A DNA stretch of 31,111 nt, taken from the IMG/VR virus record IMGVR_UViG_2563366800_000008; one strand, 5' to 3'. Source of the DNA: a virus (Duplodnaviria > Heunggongvirae > Uroviricota > Caudoviricetes). Numbering within the stretch: the stretch's first letter is position 1; each line of letters begins with the position of its first letter. The translations under genes were made by a program, and so were the position numbers. Positions 1 to 8,730 of this stretch are shown here, in pieces. The notes under the pieces were generated by a model. That model did not search any database, was not told the DNA's origin, and saw only the letters and a list, made by a program, of their open reading frames with translations.

Positions 1-1128
1 TTATGCCGCCAGCACGCGGTTGCGTCCATCATTTTTCGCCCGATACAAAGCATCATCAACGCGTTTAAACAGTTCATCGATGCTTTCATTTCCTTCGTGA
101 TGCGCCACACCAATGCTGACGGTAAAGCGTGGTAAGCCCGAAATACTCACTTTTGCCACGCTTACGCGGATAGTTTCAGCCAGCGAAAGCGCGGTATCCA
201 GTGGGGTTCTTGGTAGCAATAAGACAAACTCTTCGCCTCCCCAACGAAACACCAAATCGCCTTTGCGAGCGCAACTTTCGAGGGTGCGGGCGAGGGCGCA
301 TAACACCTCATCACCTTTAGAATGCCCATAGAGATCGTTAATGTGTTTAAAACGATCGGTGTCGATGAGCAACAAGCTGTAATCCTGAGCGATGGCGAGA
401 TGCTGCATTTGGCCTGGTTCCGTAATGTGATAAAACTGTCGCCGATTCAGTAATCCGGTCATCGCGTCATGGTGAGCAGCATGTTCCAGCTGCTCCTCCA
501 GCCGTTTTTGCTCAGTAATATCATGCACAATACATAACATGAGCTTGTCGCCATAAATTTCAATCGGTCCGGCATAGGTCTGCACATGACGAGTCGAACC
601 ATCCGCCAGTTTATGAACAAAATTCAAAGGTTTATGACCACCGGGTAAATGCGAGATTTCATGCATGATAGGCATGACGCGACGCCCGAGCATATTTATT
701 TCCCAGGTATGTTTCTGGCACATCGTTTCATGGTTATAACCATAGAAATTGAGCGCGGCGAGGTTAGCATCGACGATTTGTCCATCTCGTGACGGGTCAA
801 TCAACAACATTGGTGCAGAGTTAGTCAGAAAAAAGCGCGCATAAAAACCTTGTTTTTTGCGCTGATAATTTGCCGAGCGACTGGCTTTTAAACCCAGCGT
901 TGCCGGCGCTTCGATACCTTCGAAAATAATCACCGGTTCTGTTTCTGTCAGCTTTCGCAAAACAAGCCGACAGCTCAATGCTGTTTCCTCTTCTTTACGC
1001 TGAACAGTGAGGATTTCGATAATATCGTGTTGGTTTTGCAGATCGGAGAGGTATTTCGGCAGTTCTTTTTGTGAGGAGACGGAATAGGGTCCGGTTCGTA
1101 GCTGACTAAACGTGAGGTCTTGCATCAA
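1..1128 (-). CDS. dgcM: Host PAS-GGDEF diguanylate cyclase; 5' end interrupted by the prophage
   Basis: 375-aa ORF with GGEEF active-site motif (RWGGEEFVLLL) and PAS-like N-terminal region; stop codon at 1-3. Reading frame stays open upstream to a TAG at 1213-1215 and encodes SLDLLTSPVWIVSPFEEQLIYANSAAKLL, which matches my recollection of the DgcM/YdaM N-terminus. No in-frame start before that; first in-window ATG is at 1123-1125 (ORF track begins at a TTG). Confidence 0.8.
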   Translation of the reverse strand: MMQDLTFSQLRTGPYSVSSQKELPKYLSDLQNQHDIIEILTVQRKEEETALSCRLVLRKLTETEPVIIFEGIEAPATLGLKASRSANYQRKKQGFYARFFLTNSAPMLLIDPSRDGQIVDANLAALNFYGYNHETMCQKHTWEINMLGRRVMPIMHEISHLPGGHKPLNFVHKLADGSTRHVQTYAGPIEIYGDKLMLCIVHDITEQKRLEEQLEHAAHHDAMTGLLNRRQFYHITEPGQMQHLAIAQDYSLLLIDTDRFKHINDLYGHSKGDEVLCALARTLESCARKGDLVFRWGGEEFVLLLPRTPLDTALSLAETIRVSVAKVSISGLPRFTVSIGVAHHEGNESIDELFKRVDDALYRAKNDGRNRVLAA

Positions 1129-1248
1129 CAGTTTCGCCGCGCTATTGGCATAAATTAACTGTTCCTCAAAGGGCGAAACGATCCAGACAGGACTGGTGAG
1201 TAAGTCCAGTGACTAGTGACAGTGATGTATGGATCAAACAGAGAACCC

Positions 1249-1288
1249 GGGAATAACCGGGAATTCATGGGAATTAACGGGAGGAAGG
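1249..1288. repeat. Four tandem 10-bp units GGGAATAACC / GGGAATTCAT / GGGAATTAAC / GGGAGGAAGG near the prophage left end
   Basis: Directly visible head-to-tail repeat with 10-bp period, about 40 bp inside the inferred terminus. Position fits transposase end-binding sites (attL). Confidence 0.5.
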
Positions 1289-1506
1289 CTTGAGTTGTGA
1301 GGCTTCGCACAACGTTAAGCTACTCGACTTGTGGAAAATCTGGCATATCGTCAATTTTGGATCATTCGATAGCGAAGCCAGTTAAGTGTCACATAGATTT
1401 GGATCGTATAGCAGTTAATTTCAAAGCGTTTAACGGGATTTAAACTCAGCTTAAAATGCCCACAGGAGGTGCGAAGGTAAAGCCAGCCAATTGAGCACTT
1501 TTGCAA

Positions 1507-2106
1507 TCAGCCAGCTTTATTTCGCGTGCTCAGCTTCGGCGCGGCTTGAATCTGTTCATTGGGATCACGTTGTTCAAAAATCTCTCTATCTGCACTGGCT
1601 TCCAAATCAGCTACCATCGGCATTAAAGCGTTCAGCCCACCTTGCATGAAAACCTTAATAACATACTGTTTTTGACGCTCTGTTAAGTTGTCGAAAAGCA
1701 TTATCCATAGGTCCCGAGCTGTTGAGCTTGGTGACGATAAGGCTGAGTCAGGTATAACTGAGCGCTCTTCTACCCCCAAGAATTTCTTTGTTTCTTCTGG
1801 CAAGACCGATACATGATATTCATATGCTTTCGATTTAGCCTTCTTACGTTTCAACTTAGGATTATTACTCACAAGTTGTTCCAGTTTCCGCCGGACATTC
1901 GGCGCTCCACTGGGGAAACCTGGTAGACCAATACAATCCTGAACTGACACCCATTCACTAAAATCAACCATATCATTCACCGTACTTTTCTGTGTTATTG
2001 AAAAATACATCTGGTACTTTTTTGTGATTAACCACGGAAAATCAAGTAACGAATTGATTTTAAATAAAATATCATGGTTAACCTCATCAACCATAAAAGT
2101 ACGCAA
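1507..2106 (-). CDS. c: Mu c-type repressor (winged-helix DNA-binding)
   Basis: 199-aa ORF transcribed away from the early operon, at the left end as in Mu. Segment GGLNALMPMV resembles the Mu repressor as I recall it. ORF-track start is a TTG at 2104-2106; first ATG is at 2092-2094, so the true start is uncertain. Confidence 0.7.
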   Translation of the reverse strand: MRTFMVDEVNHDILFKINSLLDFPWLITKKYQMYFSITQKSTVNDMVDFSEWVSVQDCIGLPGFPSGAPNVRRKLEQLVSNNPKLKRKKAKSKAYEYHVSVLPEETKKFLGVEERSVIPDSALSSPSSTARDLWIMLFDNLTERQKQYVIKVFMQGGLNALMPMVADLEASADREIFEQRDPNEQIQAAPKLSTRNKAG

Positions 2107-2200
2107 AAGTATTTACTTTCGTTCTTTTGTGTTCTAATCTTTACTCGTAGTGGTTAGCGATATTGCTGACCTGAACGTGTAAACATTTAAGGATCGCAGA
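2107..2200. promoter_or_regulatory. Divergent early/repressor promoter and operator region
   Basis: AT-rich 94-bp gap between the leftward repressor and rightward ner. Direct repeats TTTACTTTCG (2112-2121) and CTTTACTCG (2139-2147). Position corresponds to Mu Pe/Pc operators. Confidence 0.5.
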
Positions 2201-2437
2201 ATGATGACCAAAAGCCAAGACTGGCACCCGGAAGACATCAAAGCAGCGATTAGGAAACGTGGGATGACTACCAGTCAGCTCTCCAGAAGCAACGGATTAG
2301 CGGAATCAACATTACGAAATGTATTCCGCCACCACTGGCCGAAAGGGGAAAAAATTATTGCTGAGTTTCTGGGGCTTACCCCCAGAGATATTTGGCCCTC
2401 ACGTTATGAAGCTGTATCAGTCAAAGAGGTTGCATAA
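2201..2437 (+). CDS. ner: Ner-like DNA-binding transcriptional regulator
   Basis: 78-aa ORF; HHWPKGEKIIAEFLGLTPRDIWPSRY resembles Mu Ner. AAGGA Shine-Dalgarno 7 nt upstream. Stop overlaps the transposase start (TAATG). Confidence 0.85.
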   Translation: MMTKSQDWHPEDIKAAIRKRGMTTSQLSRSNGLAESTLRNVFRHHWPKGEKIIAEFLGLTPRDIWPSRYEAVSVKEVA

Positions 2438-4419
2438 TGGATTTCTGGGTTACCGCAAAAGAATGCGTAGGAATTTGTTCTTTTCCTAATGCAGAAAAGA
2501 ACGTCAGAAAACATTTGGAGTCTTTTGTCAGTGGACGTAGTGAACTACGCCGTAAACGTGCTGGCACCAAAGCATTCGAATACCACATATCGGTGTTGCC
2601 ACCTGAAGTCCGCGCTGAACTGCTGGCCGCACGTGGCCTGATTGAAACATCATCCGGGCTGATTACATTGCCACAGGAGCCTGAGCGCGTGGCGGCTGAC
2701 GATCTGGAACGCCAGCGACTGTGGTCTGCATGGGAGAAAGCTACCGGCGAGCAGCGTCTGCATGCAGAACGCCGGACTAAAGCTGCCGCGCTGGTGGCGG
2801 AACTGATGGCTTCCGGCATCGGCAATCGTAAGGCGATCACGCTGGCAGCAAAACAGCTGCAAATCAGTGAAGGTACGCTGCGCAATCTTTACTACAAAGT
2901 CAAAGACCATAGTCCTGACCTCTGGGGTCCGGTACTGCTTGACCGCCGTGTGCGTGAAAAACGTCAGACTGGCCGGACTGCCGATATCTCTGAAGATGCC
3001 TGGCAGTTCTTCCTGGGCGATTATCTGCGAAACGAAGCGCCGTTCTTCTCCAAAAGCTATGAGCGCCTTGAAAAGGCGGCAGATGCTCATGGCTGGATTA
3101 TTCCCGCTGAGCGCACTCTGCGCCGCAAGCTAGAACGTGAAGTTGATCCGCGTATCGTCGTTGCCACCCGTGAGGGCGAGAACGCGCTGGCGCAGATGTA
3201 TCCGTCGCAGCAGCGCACCGTGGCATATCTTCATGCGATGGAGTGGATCAATGGCGACGGTTACCAGCACAACGTGTTTGTCCGTTGGTTTAACGGCGAC
3301 ATCATCCGTCCTAAAACGTGGTTCTGGCAGGATGTCCACAGTCGCAAAATTATTGGCTGGCGTGCTGATTTGTCGGAGAACAGTGACAGCATCCGTTTAT
3401 CCCTGATGGATACCATCCGCGCTTACGGTAAGCCTAAACATGTGACCATCGATAACACCCGCGCTGCTGCAAATAAATGGCTGTCCGGTGGCGTTCCTAA
3501 CCGTTACCGCTTCAAAGTCAAACCTGATGACCCGATGGGGATCATCCCTCTGCTGGGAATGAAGCTGCACTGGACGGGGGTGATTGGCGGTAAGGGCTGG
3601 GGACAGGCAAAGCCCGTTGAACGTGCCTTCGGCGTGGGCGGTCTGGGCGAATATATCGACAAACATCCTGCGCTGGCTGGAGCATTTGCCGGTGAAAACG
3701 TCAGCTCCAAGCCAGAGAACTACGGCAGCCTGGCGGTGGATGTGGATACATTCCTGGAAACCATCAGCGAAGGTGTCGCCATGTTCAACGCGAAGGCCGG
3801 GCGCGAGACCGAGATGTGCCGGGGGGAACTGTCCTTCGACCAGGCGTTTGAGCGCAGCTACAGCCAGTCAGTCATCACCCGTATGACCGAAGAGCAAATT
3901 CGTCAACTGATGCTGCCTGCGGAAGCTGTACGCGTGAAGACTACAGGCGAATTTACGATGGAGTGCGGGGGCTCGTTATTTGGCCGTAAGAATACTTACT
4001 GGAGTGAACAGCTCGTCAGCCACCGCTCGCGCAAAATCACCGTCCGGTTTGATCCAAGGAACCTGCACGGAGAAGTCGCCTGTTATGACCTCGACGGCCG
4101 TTTCCTTTGCATGGCTGAGTGTCGTGCCGCCGTGGCCTTTGGCGATACCGAGGCTGGACGTGAACACAACCGTGCACGCCGCGAGATGATCAAGAGTACG
4201 AAGAAAGCGACTAAGGCTCTGAACCGTATGACGGCGATTGAGGTGAATGACCTGCTGCCGAAGACTGAGCATGCAGAACTGCCGGAGCGGCATGTGGTGG
4301 AGCGTGTATTTACCCTGGGCAACACCGTCAAGCGCGTGGAGGACATACAGGAAACGCAGAGCGAAAACGACGTTATTTTCCAGCAGTTTGTTAATAAGGC
4401 TAAACAGGCACGGAAATAA
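2437..4419 (+). CDS. A: MuA-type DDE transposase
   Basis: 660-aa ORF directly after ner. N-terminal region resembles the repressor DNA-binding domain, as in MuA/c. Size and position match MuA. Confidence 0.9.
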   Translation: MDFWVTAKECVGICSFPNAEKNVRKHLESFVSGRSELRRKRAGTKAFEYHISVLPPEVRAELLAARGLIETSSGLITLPQEPERVAADDLERQRLWSAWEKATGEQRLHAERRTKAAALVAELMASGIGNRKAITLAAKQLQISEGTLRNLYYKVKDHSPDLWGPVLLDRRVREKRQTGRTADISEDAWQFFLGDYLRNEAPFFSKSYERLEKAADAHGWIIPAERTLRRKLEREVDPRIVVATREGENALAQMYPSQQRTVAYLHAMEWINGDGYQHNVFVRWFNGDIIRPKTWFWQDVHSRKIIGWRADLSENSDSIRLSLMDTIRAYGKPKHVTIDNTRAAANKWLSGGVPNRYRFKVKPDDPMGIIPLLGMKLHWTGVIGGKGWGQAKPVERAFGVGGLGEYIDKHPALAGAFAGENVSSKPENYGSLAVDVDTFLETISEGVAMFNAKAGRETEMCRGELSFDQAFERSYSQSVITRMTEEQIRQLMLPAEAVRVKTTGEFTMECGGSLFGRKNTYWSEQLVSHRSRKITVRFDPRNLHGEVACYDLDGRFLCMAECRAAVAFGDTEAGREHNRARREMIKSTKKATKALNRMTAIEVNDLLPKTEHAELPERHVVERVFTLGNTVKRVEDIQETQSENDVIFQQFVNKAKQARK

Positions 4420-4514
4420 AAAAGCGACGTAGTGAGCGCCGCTTCTGAATTAAGTGAATCAGTTTTAACACCTGAATAATTACAGGCCATTTAAAAAATA
4501 CAGGATTAATAATC

Positions 4515-5453
4515 ATGACGCAAATTAACCATGATGTTGTGCGCAGTGCCATTCGTGAACTTATCGACAGCAAGACGATTTCCGGTGCAGCGCTGGCGCG
4601 TGAGACCGGTACATCAACCGCGACGGTTTCACAGTTCCTGAACGGGAAATACAAAGGTGACAATGACACCGTAGCTGCCAGCCTGAATACCTGGCTTGAA
4701 AGTCACAACGCCGCGAAAACCACGCTTCCGGTGGCCCCTGATTTCGTTGAGACACCGACCTCTCAGAAAATCCTCGCCACCCTGACGTGGGCGCAGCTGG
4801 CCGGGACGATTGTGCTGGTTTACGGCAATCCGGGCGTGGGTAAGACAAAGGCTATCCGGCAGTATGCCGCAGGCGGTAATAACGTCTGGCACATCACCGC
4901 CAGCAAATCCCGCAGCAATGAGCTGGAGACCCTGTATGAACTGGCCCTGAAAATGGGCATCAGCGATGCGCCATACCGCCGTGGTGCACTCTCTCGCCTG
5001 CTGCGCCAGCGTCTGCCGGACACGCGCGGCCTGATAGTGGTGGATGAAGCCGACTGGCTGAGTCTGGATGCGGTGGAAGAGCTGCGTATTCTCCAGGAGG
5101 AATGTGGCGTGGGGCTGGCACTGGTGGGTAACCACAAGGTCTATGACCGTCTTACCGGCGGCCAGCGCAGCGTGGATTTTGCCCGCCTGTTCTCCCGCGT
5201 GTCCAAGAAGTACGTCATCAATACCGTTTCCGCTGGTGACGTGGACAGCTTCTGCGATGCCTGGCAGGTCACCGGCGCTGACGAACGCAAGCTGCTGAAG
5301 GCTATCGCCCGACGTCCGGGGGCGCTGCGTTCTCTGTCGCACATCCTGCCGCTGGCCGGAATTTACGCTCAGGGCAAGGGTGAGACCATTGGCACGGCGC
5401 ACATCCAGTCCGCCATGCTGGAGCTGGGCCACAGCGGTATCGGAGAGGAGTGA
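4515..5453 (+). CDS. B: MuB-type AAA+ ATPase, transposition target DNA activator
   Basis: 312-aa ORF with Walker A motif GNPGVGKT and N-terminal HTH-like region; same length and position as Mu B. Confidence 0.9.
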   Translation: MTQINHDVVRSAIRELIDSKTISGAALARETGTSTATVSQFLNGKYKGDNDTVAASLNTWLESHNAAKTTLPVAPDFVETPTSQKILATLTWAQLAGTIVLVYGNPGVGKTKAIRQYAAGGNNVWHITASKSRSNELETLYELALKMGISDAPYRRGALSRLLRQRLPDTRGLIVVDEADWLSLDAVEELRILQEECGVGLALVGNHKVYDRLTGGQRSVDFARLFSRVSKKYVINTVSAGDVDSFCDAWQVTGADERKLLKAIARRPGALRSLSHILPLAGIYAQGKGETIGTAHIQSAMLELGHSGIGEE

Positions 5454-5457
5454 CATC

Positions 5458-5697
5458 ATGATCGCCGAACGTATTGCAGAGCACATCAGCATGGCAGAAG
5501 CGGCGCAGAACTGGCTGCGTGCGCGTGGCAGTCGCGTGACTGACGTTCGGGTGTTTATGCGTCGCCCGCTGCTGGAGATTGCCTGCCCGCCGGTTGAGCT
5601 GCTTAACAGCGCAGAGCGCATTGCTGAATCACACAACGGTGGCACCCGCTCCGTCTGGGTCGCCAGTCTGGAAGGTTGCCGGATTATCTGGAGGTAA
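5458..5697 (+). CDS. Hypothetical early-region protein
   Basis: 79-aa ORF from ATG 5458 with GAGGAG 9 nt upstream; sits where Mu has kil. No family recognised. Confidence 0.5.
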   Translation: MIAERIAEHISMAEAAQNWLRARGSRVTDVRVFMRRPLLEIACPPVELLNSAERIAESHNGGTRSVWVASLEGCRIIWR

Positions 5698-5699
5698 GC

Positions 5700-5990
5700 A
5701 TGGGGTGGAGAACGGGTAAAACATGGTCCCCCGAAGAGCTTCGCATTCTTGAGCAGAGTGCAGGGAAAGTCAGTGTTATCGGGCTGGCTCAGCAACTGGG
5801 ACGTACAAAACAGTCCGTTCAGAATTGCGCTCTTCGTCTTGGACTGTCACTGCGTATTCGTACAGAGGACGAGCATGATGCGTATTTATGCCGTGAGCTT
5901 TATAAGGAGGGGCTGACCGTTGCGATCATCGCAGAAAAAATGGAAATGTCCCGTCGTCAGGTTTTTAACATCGTTTATCGCGACAGCTAA
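5700..5990 (+). CDS. Hypothetical protein with two HTH-like segments, putative DNA-binding
   Basis: 96-aa ORF from ATG 5700 with GGAGG upstream. Segments VIGLAQQLGRTKQSVQNCALRLGL and LTVAIIAEKMEMSRRQVFNIV look like helix-turn-helix motifs. Confidence 0.5.
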   Translation: MGWRTGKTWSPEELRILEQSAGKVSVIGLAQQLGRTKQSVQNCALRLGLSLRIRTEDEHDAYLCRELYKEGLTVAIIAEKMEMSRRQVFNIVYRDS

Positions 5991-6004
5991 CTTAAAGGTT
6001 TTTT

Positions 6005-6280
6005 ATGACTGAGAAACAGCAATCAATATTAATCGCTTATGCGTGGGCCAGCGGGCTGATTGAATTTGGTCAGACACTCCCGGAAGGCGCTTTACCTATC
6101 GCGAGCGCCCGTCATCACAAGCGGCTCCGGGAGGTCATAAATGTTTACGCACGCCACGGATATGCCCCTGGGCAGCTACTGGTTCCGGGGATTCCTGAAG
6201 CAGCCACCCAGAACGAAGCCGGAGTGGCTCTGACAAAGTTCTGTTTTTATGTTGAACGCGCATTACTGAATAAGGATTAA
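6005..6280 (+). CDS. Hypothetical early-region protein
   Basis: 91-aa ORF, AAGG upstream, same strand and tight packing as neighbours. No family recognised. Confidence 0.5.
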   Translation: MTEKQQSILIAYAWASGLIEFGQTLPEGALPIASARHHKRLREVINVYARHGYAPGQLLVPGIPEAATQNEAGVALTKFCFYVERALLNKD

Positions 6281-6284
6281 AACA

Positions 6285-6536
6285 ATGGCTAAACAGGTTA
6301 TCACCATTGTCATTGAGGATGGCATCGTTCAGAAAAGTGACAAATCAATTAATAACGAACTACCTGAAGGGAAACTCAATATTCAGTTTCATCTTAATAA
6401 CACAAATGATGATGGTTCATTTTCGTTTCTGGTTGCTGAAGGTCTGTCAGCTATTTTCCCGATGGCGATCCAGCAGGTCACCACGTTTGTGAAAGCAAGG
6501 GTGGAGCAGGATAACCGTAAAATAATCAAACACTGA
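6285..6536 (+). CDS. Hypothetical early-region protein
   Basis: 83-aa ORF, lower GC than neighbours, 4 bp after the previous ORF. No family recognised. Confidence 0.45.
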   Translation: MAKQVITIVIEDGIVQKSDKSINNELPEGKLNIQFHLNNTNDDGSFSFLVAEGLSAIFPMAIQQVTTFVKARVEQDNRKIIKH

Positions 6537-6543
6537 GGTTGAT

Positions 6544-7071
6544 ATGAAAGCACCTAAAAAACCACGAGCCAAGTCTGCTGCGGCAGTGGCCGTTCCGCAG
6601 TCACGTGAAGACGTGATTAACGATATCCGAAAAATTGGCGACATCACCCGTGTCATTTTGCGCCGTGAAACAGAACTGAATGACAAACTGGCCGAGCTGA
6701 CTAACGACGCCGCTCCCGGAATTGAAGCGCTCAAGAAAGAGCTGGGCCGCTTACAAACTGGCGTCCAGACGTGGTGTGAAGCCAACCGTGCAGAGCTTAC
6801 GAAAGACGGTAAGACCAAGACGGCCAACCTGACAACGGGCGAAGTTCGCTGGCGTAAGCGCCCGCCCAGCGTCACCATTCGCAAAGTTGAAGATGTTATT
6901 GCGTTACTCAAGAAATTCAGCCTGGGTAAATTTCTTCGCAATAAAGAGGAAATTAATAAAGAGGCAATTCTTGCATCACCGAATGAAGTTAAGGGAATTG
7001 CAGGGATATCCATTAAATCAGATGTTGAGGATTTTGAAATAATCCCATTTGAACAAACTGTAACTGATTAA
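6544..7071 (+). CDS. gam: Gam host-nuclease inhibitor (DNA end-binding, Ku-like)
   Basis: 175-aa ORF; segments TWCEANRAELTKDGKTKTANLTTGEVRWRKRPPSV and KSDVEDFEIIPFEQ resemble Mu Gam as recalled. Confidence 0.85.
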   Translation: MKAPKKPRAKSAAAVAVPQSREDVINDIRKIGDITRVILRRETELNDKLAELTNDAAPGIEALKKELGRLQTGVQTWCEANRAELTKDGKTKTANLTTGEVRWRKRPPSVTIRKVEDVIALLKKFSLGKFLRNKEEINKEAILASPNEVKGIAGISIKSDVEDFEIIPFEQTVTD

Positions 7072-7108
7072 TTAACTTTCTTTGATTCTCAGAATTTTAA
7101 TACGGTAT

Positions 7109-7137
7109 GCCTGCCGGGGCTTCGTGCACCCGCAGGC
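7109..7137 (+). other. GC-rich imperfect stem-loop between gam and the next ORF
   Basis: GCCTGC (7109-7114) pairs with GCAGGC (7132-7137), plus GGG/CCC inner pairs; no T-tract follows. Confidence 0.3.
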
Positions 7138-7160
7138 AACTAAATATGGAGTTTAAGCGA

Positions 7161-7817
7161 ATGACCAGGCATACGATTATCAATATCCAGCAGATACGTG
7201 ACGATATCTGCAAACGTAAAGCAATGCCGCCATTTGGCCCCGATACCAGTATTAATCGTCTTAAAACTATCAATGAGACCCAGCGCAGTTTCACTCTTGA
7301 AGTCGTGGAATTGTTGCTGGGTGAAATAGACGTCCTGTCAAAATCAGAATGGACACTGGCGGATGAACTGGTCAAGGCCCAAAAACGCATAGCTGAGCAG
7401 GAACGCACTAACACCGCCCAGGACGATCACATCAATCAGCAGGCAGACCGTATCGAATGCCTGGAAAAGAAAAACGACGATCTGGGCAAAGCTATTAGGG
7501 CCGCACTTCCATCGTTTTCACTGTCACCAGCAGCATCTGATGTTCTGGCCGAGCGCCAGCGGCAGATATCGGTTAAGGGGTACACTACACAGCAGGACGA
7601 CACATATATTGAAGGTGAGCTGGCCGCAGCGGCTATAAGTTACATAGAGCCTTTGGCGGCTGAAGAATACTGGCCTGCTGACTGGCATGATGACAGTTTC
7701 AAACCGTCAGACTATCGTCGAAATTTAGTGAAAGCATGTGCGCTTTTGATTGCAGAAATTGAGCGTATTGACCGCCAGTCGGAGGGAAATAACGATGAGC
7801 CGCGCATCCCTGATTAA
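7161..7817 (+). CDS. Hypothetical protein, coiled-coil N-terminal half and acidic C-terminal half
   Basis: ORF open from 7107; ATG 7161 has GGAG 9 nt upstream, with alternative ATGs at 7107 and 7146. Occupies the slot between gam and gemA. No family recognised. Confidence 0.5.
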   Translation: MTRHTIINIQQIRDDICKRKAMPPFGPDTSINRLKTINETQRSFTLEVVELLLGEIDVLSKSEWTLADELVKAQKRIAEQERTNTAQDDHINQQADRIECLEKKNDDLGKAIRAALPSFSLSPAASDVLAERQRQISVKGYTTQQDDTYIEGELAAAAISYIEPLAAEEYWPADWHDDSFKPSDYRRNLVKACALLIAEIERIDRQSEGNNDEPRIPD

Positions 7818-8322
7818 GTTAATCCATGTTGCCCGTCGCAATCTACAACTGGACGATGACACCTACCGCTCTGTACTGATGCGAGTGACGGGAAAGCAAA
7901 GCTGTCGTGACCTGAGAGTCGGCCAACTGGAGGATGTGCTGAAGGTACTGGAGGATAAGGGTTTCATTCGTACCCGTCCCCGTTCTCCGGCTCGCCGTCA
8001 TCGTGAGACAGATATCACCGCAAAGGTCCGCAGCATCTGGCGGCAGATGCATCTTGATGGGTTTATCCGTGATGGCAGCGATACCTCACTCGATTCGTTC
8101 GTCGCGAAGATGACTGTCAGAACCAACAAAGGTAAAGGTATCGCCAGCCTGGCATGGTGCCGTGGCGATAATCTTCTGATGGTGCTGGAAAGCCTCAAGC
8201 AATGGCACCTGAGAGAAATGACAGAGGCGCTGAGTCCGCGAGACCTGGCATTTCAGGATAATCGGGGTTATGACGCCATCAACAGCCTGTATTCCAGTAA
8301 AGTAAGAAAGGTGCGCACATGA
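7795..8322 (+). CDS. gemA: GemA-like protein (Mu gp16 family)
   Basis: N-terminus MSRASLIKLIHVARRNLQLDDDTYRSVLMRVTGKQSCRDL resembles Mu GemA. ATG at 7795; the ORF-track start at 7750 is a TTG. Confidence 0.75.
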   Translation: MSRASLIKLIHVARRNLQLDDDTYRSVLMRVTGKQSCRDLRVGQLEDVLKVLEDKGFIRTRPRSPARRHRETDITAKVRSIWRQMHLDGFIRDGSDTSLDSFVAKMTVRTNKGKGIASLAWCRGDNLLMVLESLKQWHLREMTEALSPRDLAFQDNRGYDAINSLYSSKVRKVRT

Positions 8323-8726
8323 GCGAAAAGCAGAATGACCTGTTTGGTGATATCCAGGATGACAGCATTCTGGAGCACCTGGACGATGACAGTTCGGCGG
8401 AAACTGTGCGTTTCCCTGCACTGCTGACAGAACTGAATACGCTGTTGCGTGGCGAACTGACAAAGCATGGTGTTGACCCACGAATCTCTCTGGAGCTGGT
8501 CTATGCGATTAGCTGTCAGATTGGTGGAATGCAGATTTATTTTCCACGCGGCCAGACTCTTGAGTCATTGATTCGTGATATGAAAATCTGGCGTGATTTC
8601 AATGGCAGAAACATCACAGAGTTGGTTGAGCGTTACCGTGTTACCTATAAAACGGTGTATAAAGCAATCCGGAGAATGCGAAAGTTAGAGCAAGGTAAGA
8701 GGCAGCTCTCATTTAATATGGAGTGA
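8319..8726 (+). CDS. mor: Mor/C-family transcriptional activator
   Basis: 135-aa ORF; DLFGD..DD.IL.HLD...RFPALL.EL..LLRGEL and C-terminal HTH TVYKAIRRMR resemble Mu Mor. Start overlaps the gemA stop (ATGA). Confidence 0.85.
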   Translation: MSEKQNDLFGDIQDDSILEHLDDDSSAETVRFPALLTELNTLLRGELTKHGVDPRISLELVYAISCQIGGMQIYFPRGQTLESLIRDMKIWRDFNGRNITELVERYRVTYKTVYKAIRRMRKLEQGKRQLSFNME

Positions 8727-8730
8727 TAAT

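Noticed and set aside
113-331. 72-aa plus-strand ORF
   Set aside because: Falls wholly inside the host GGDEF gene on the opposite strand; antisense artefact.
1291-1320. Short inverted repeat TTGTG ... CACAA near the left end
   Set aside because: Only a 5-bp stem; too weak to call separately from the adjacent 10-bp repeat array.
2421-3133. Several ORFs on both strands (2421..2885, 2650..3090, 2867..3133)
   Set aside because: All nested within or antisense to the well-supported transposase gene.
4629-5795. 388-aa minus-strand ORF
   Set aside because: Entirely antisense to the MuB-like gene and neighbours, Arg/Ser/Ala-rich low-complexity translation typical of a GC-rich shadow frame; no motifs or start context.
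7750-7794. Upstream start for the GemA-like ORF
   Set aside because: Codon at 7750 is TTG and the extension overlaps the previous gene; the ATG at 7795 gives the MSRASLIKLIHVA N-terminus that matches GemA as recalled.
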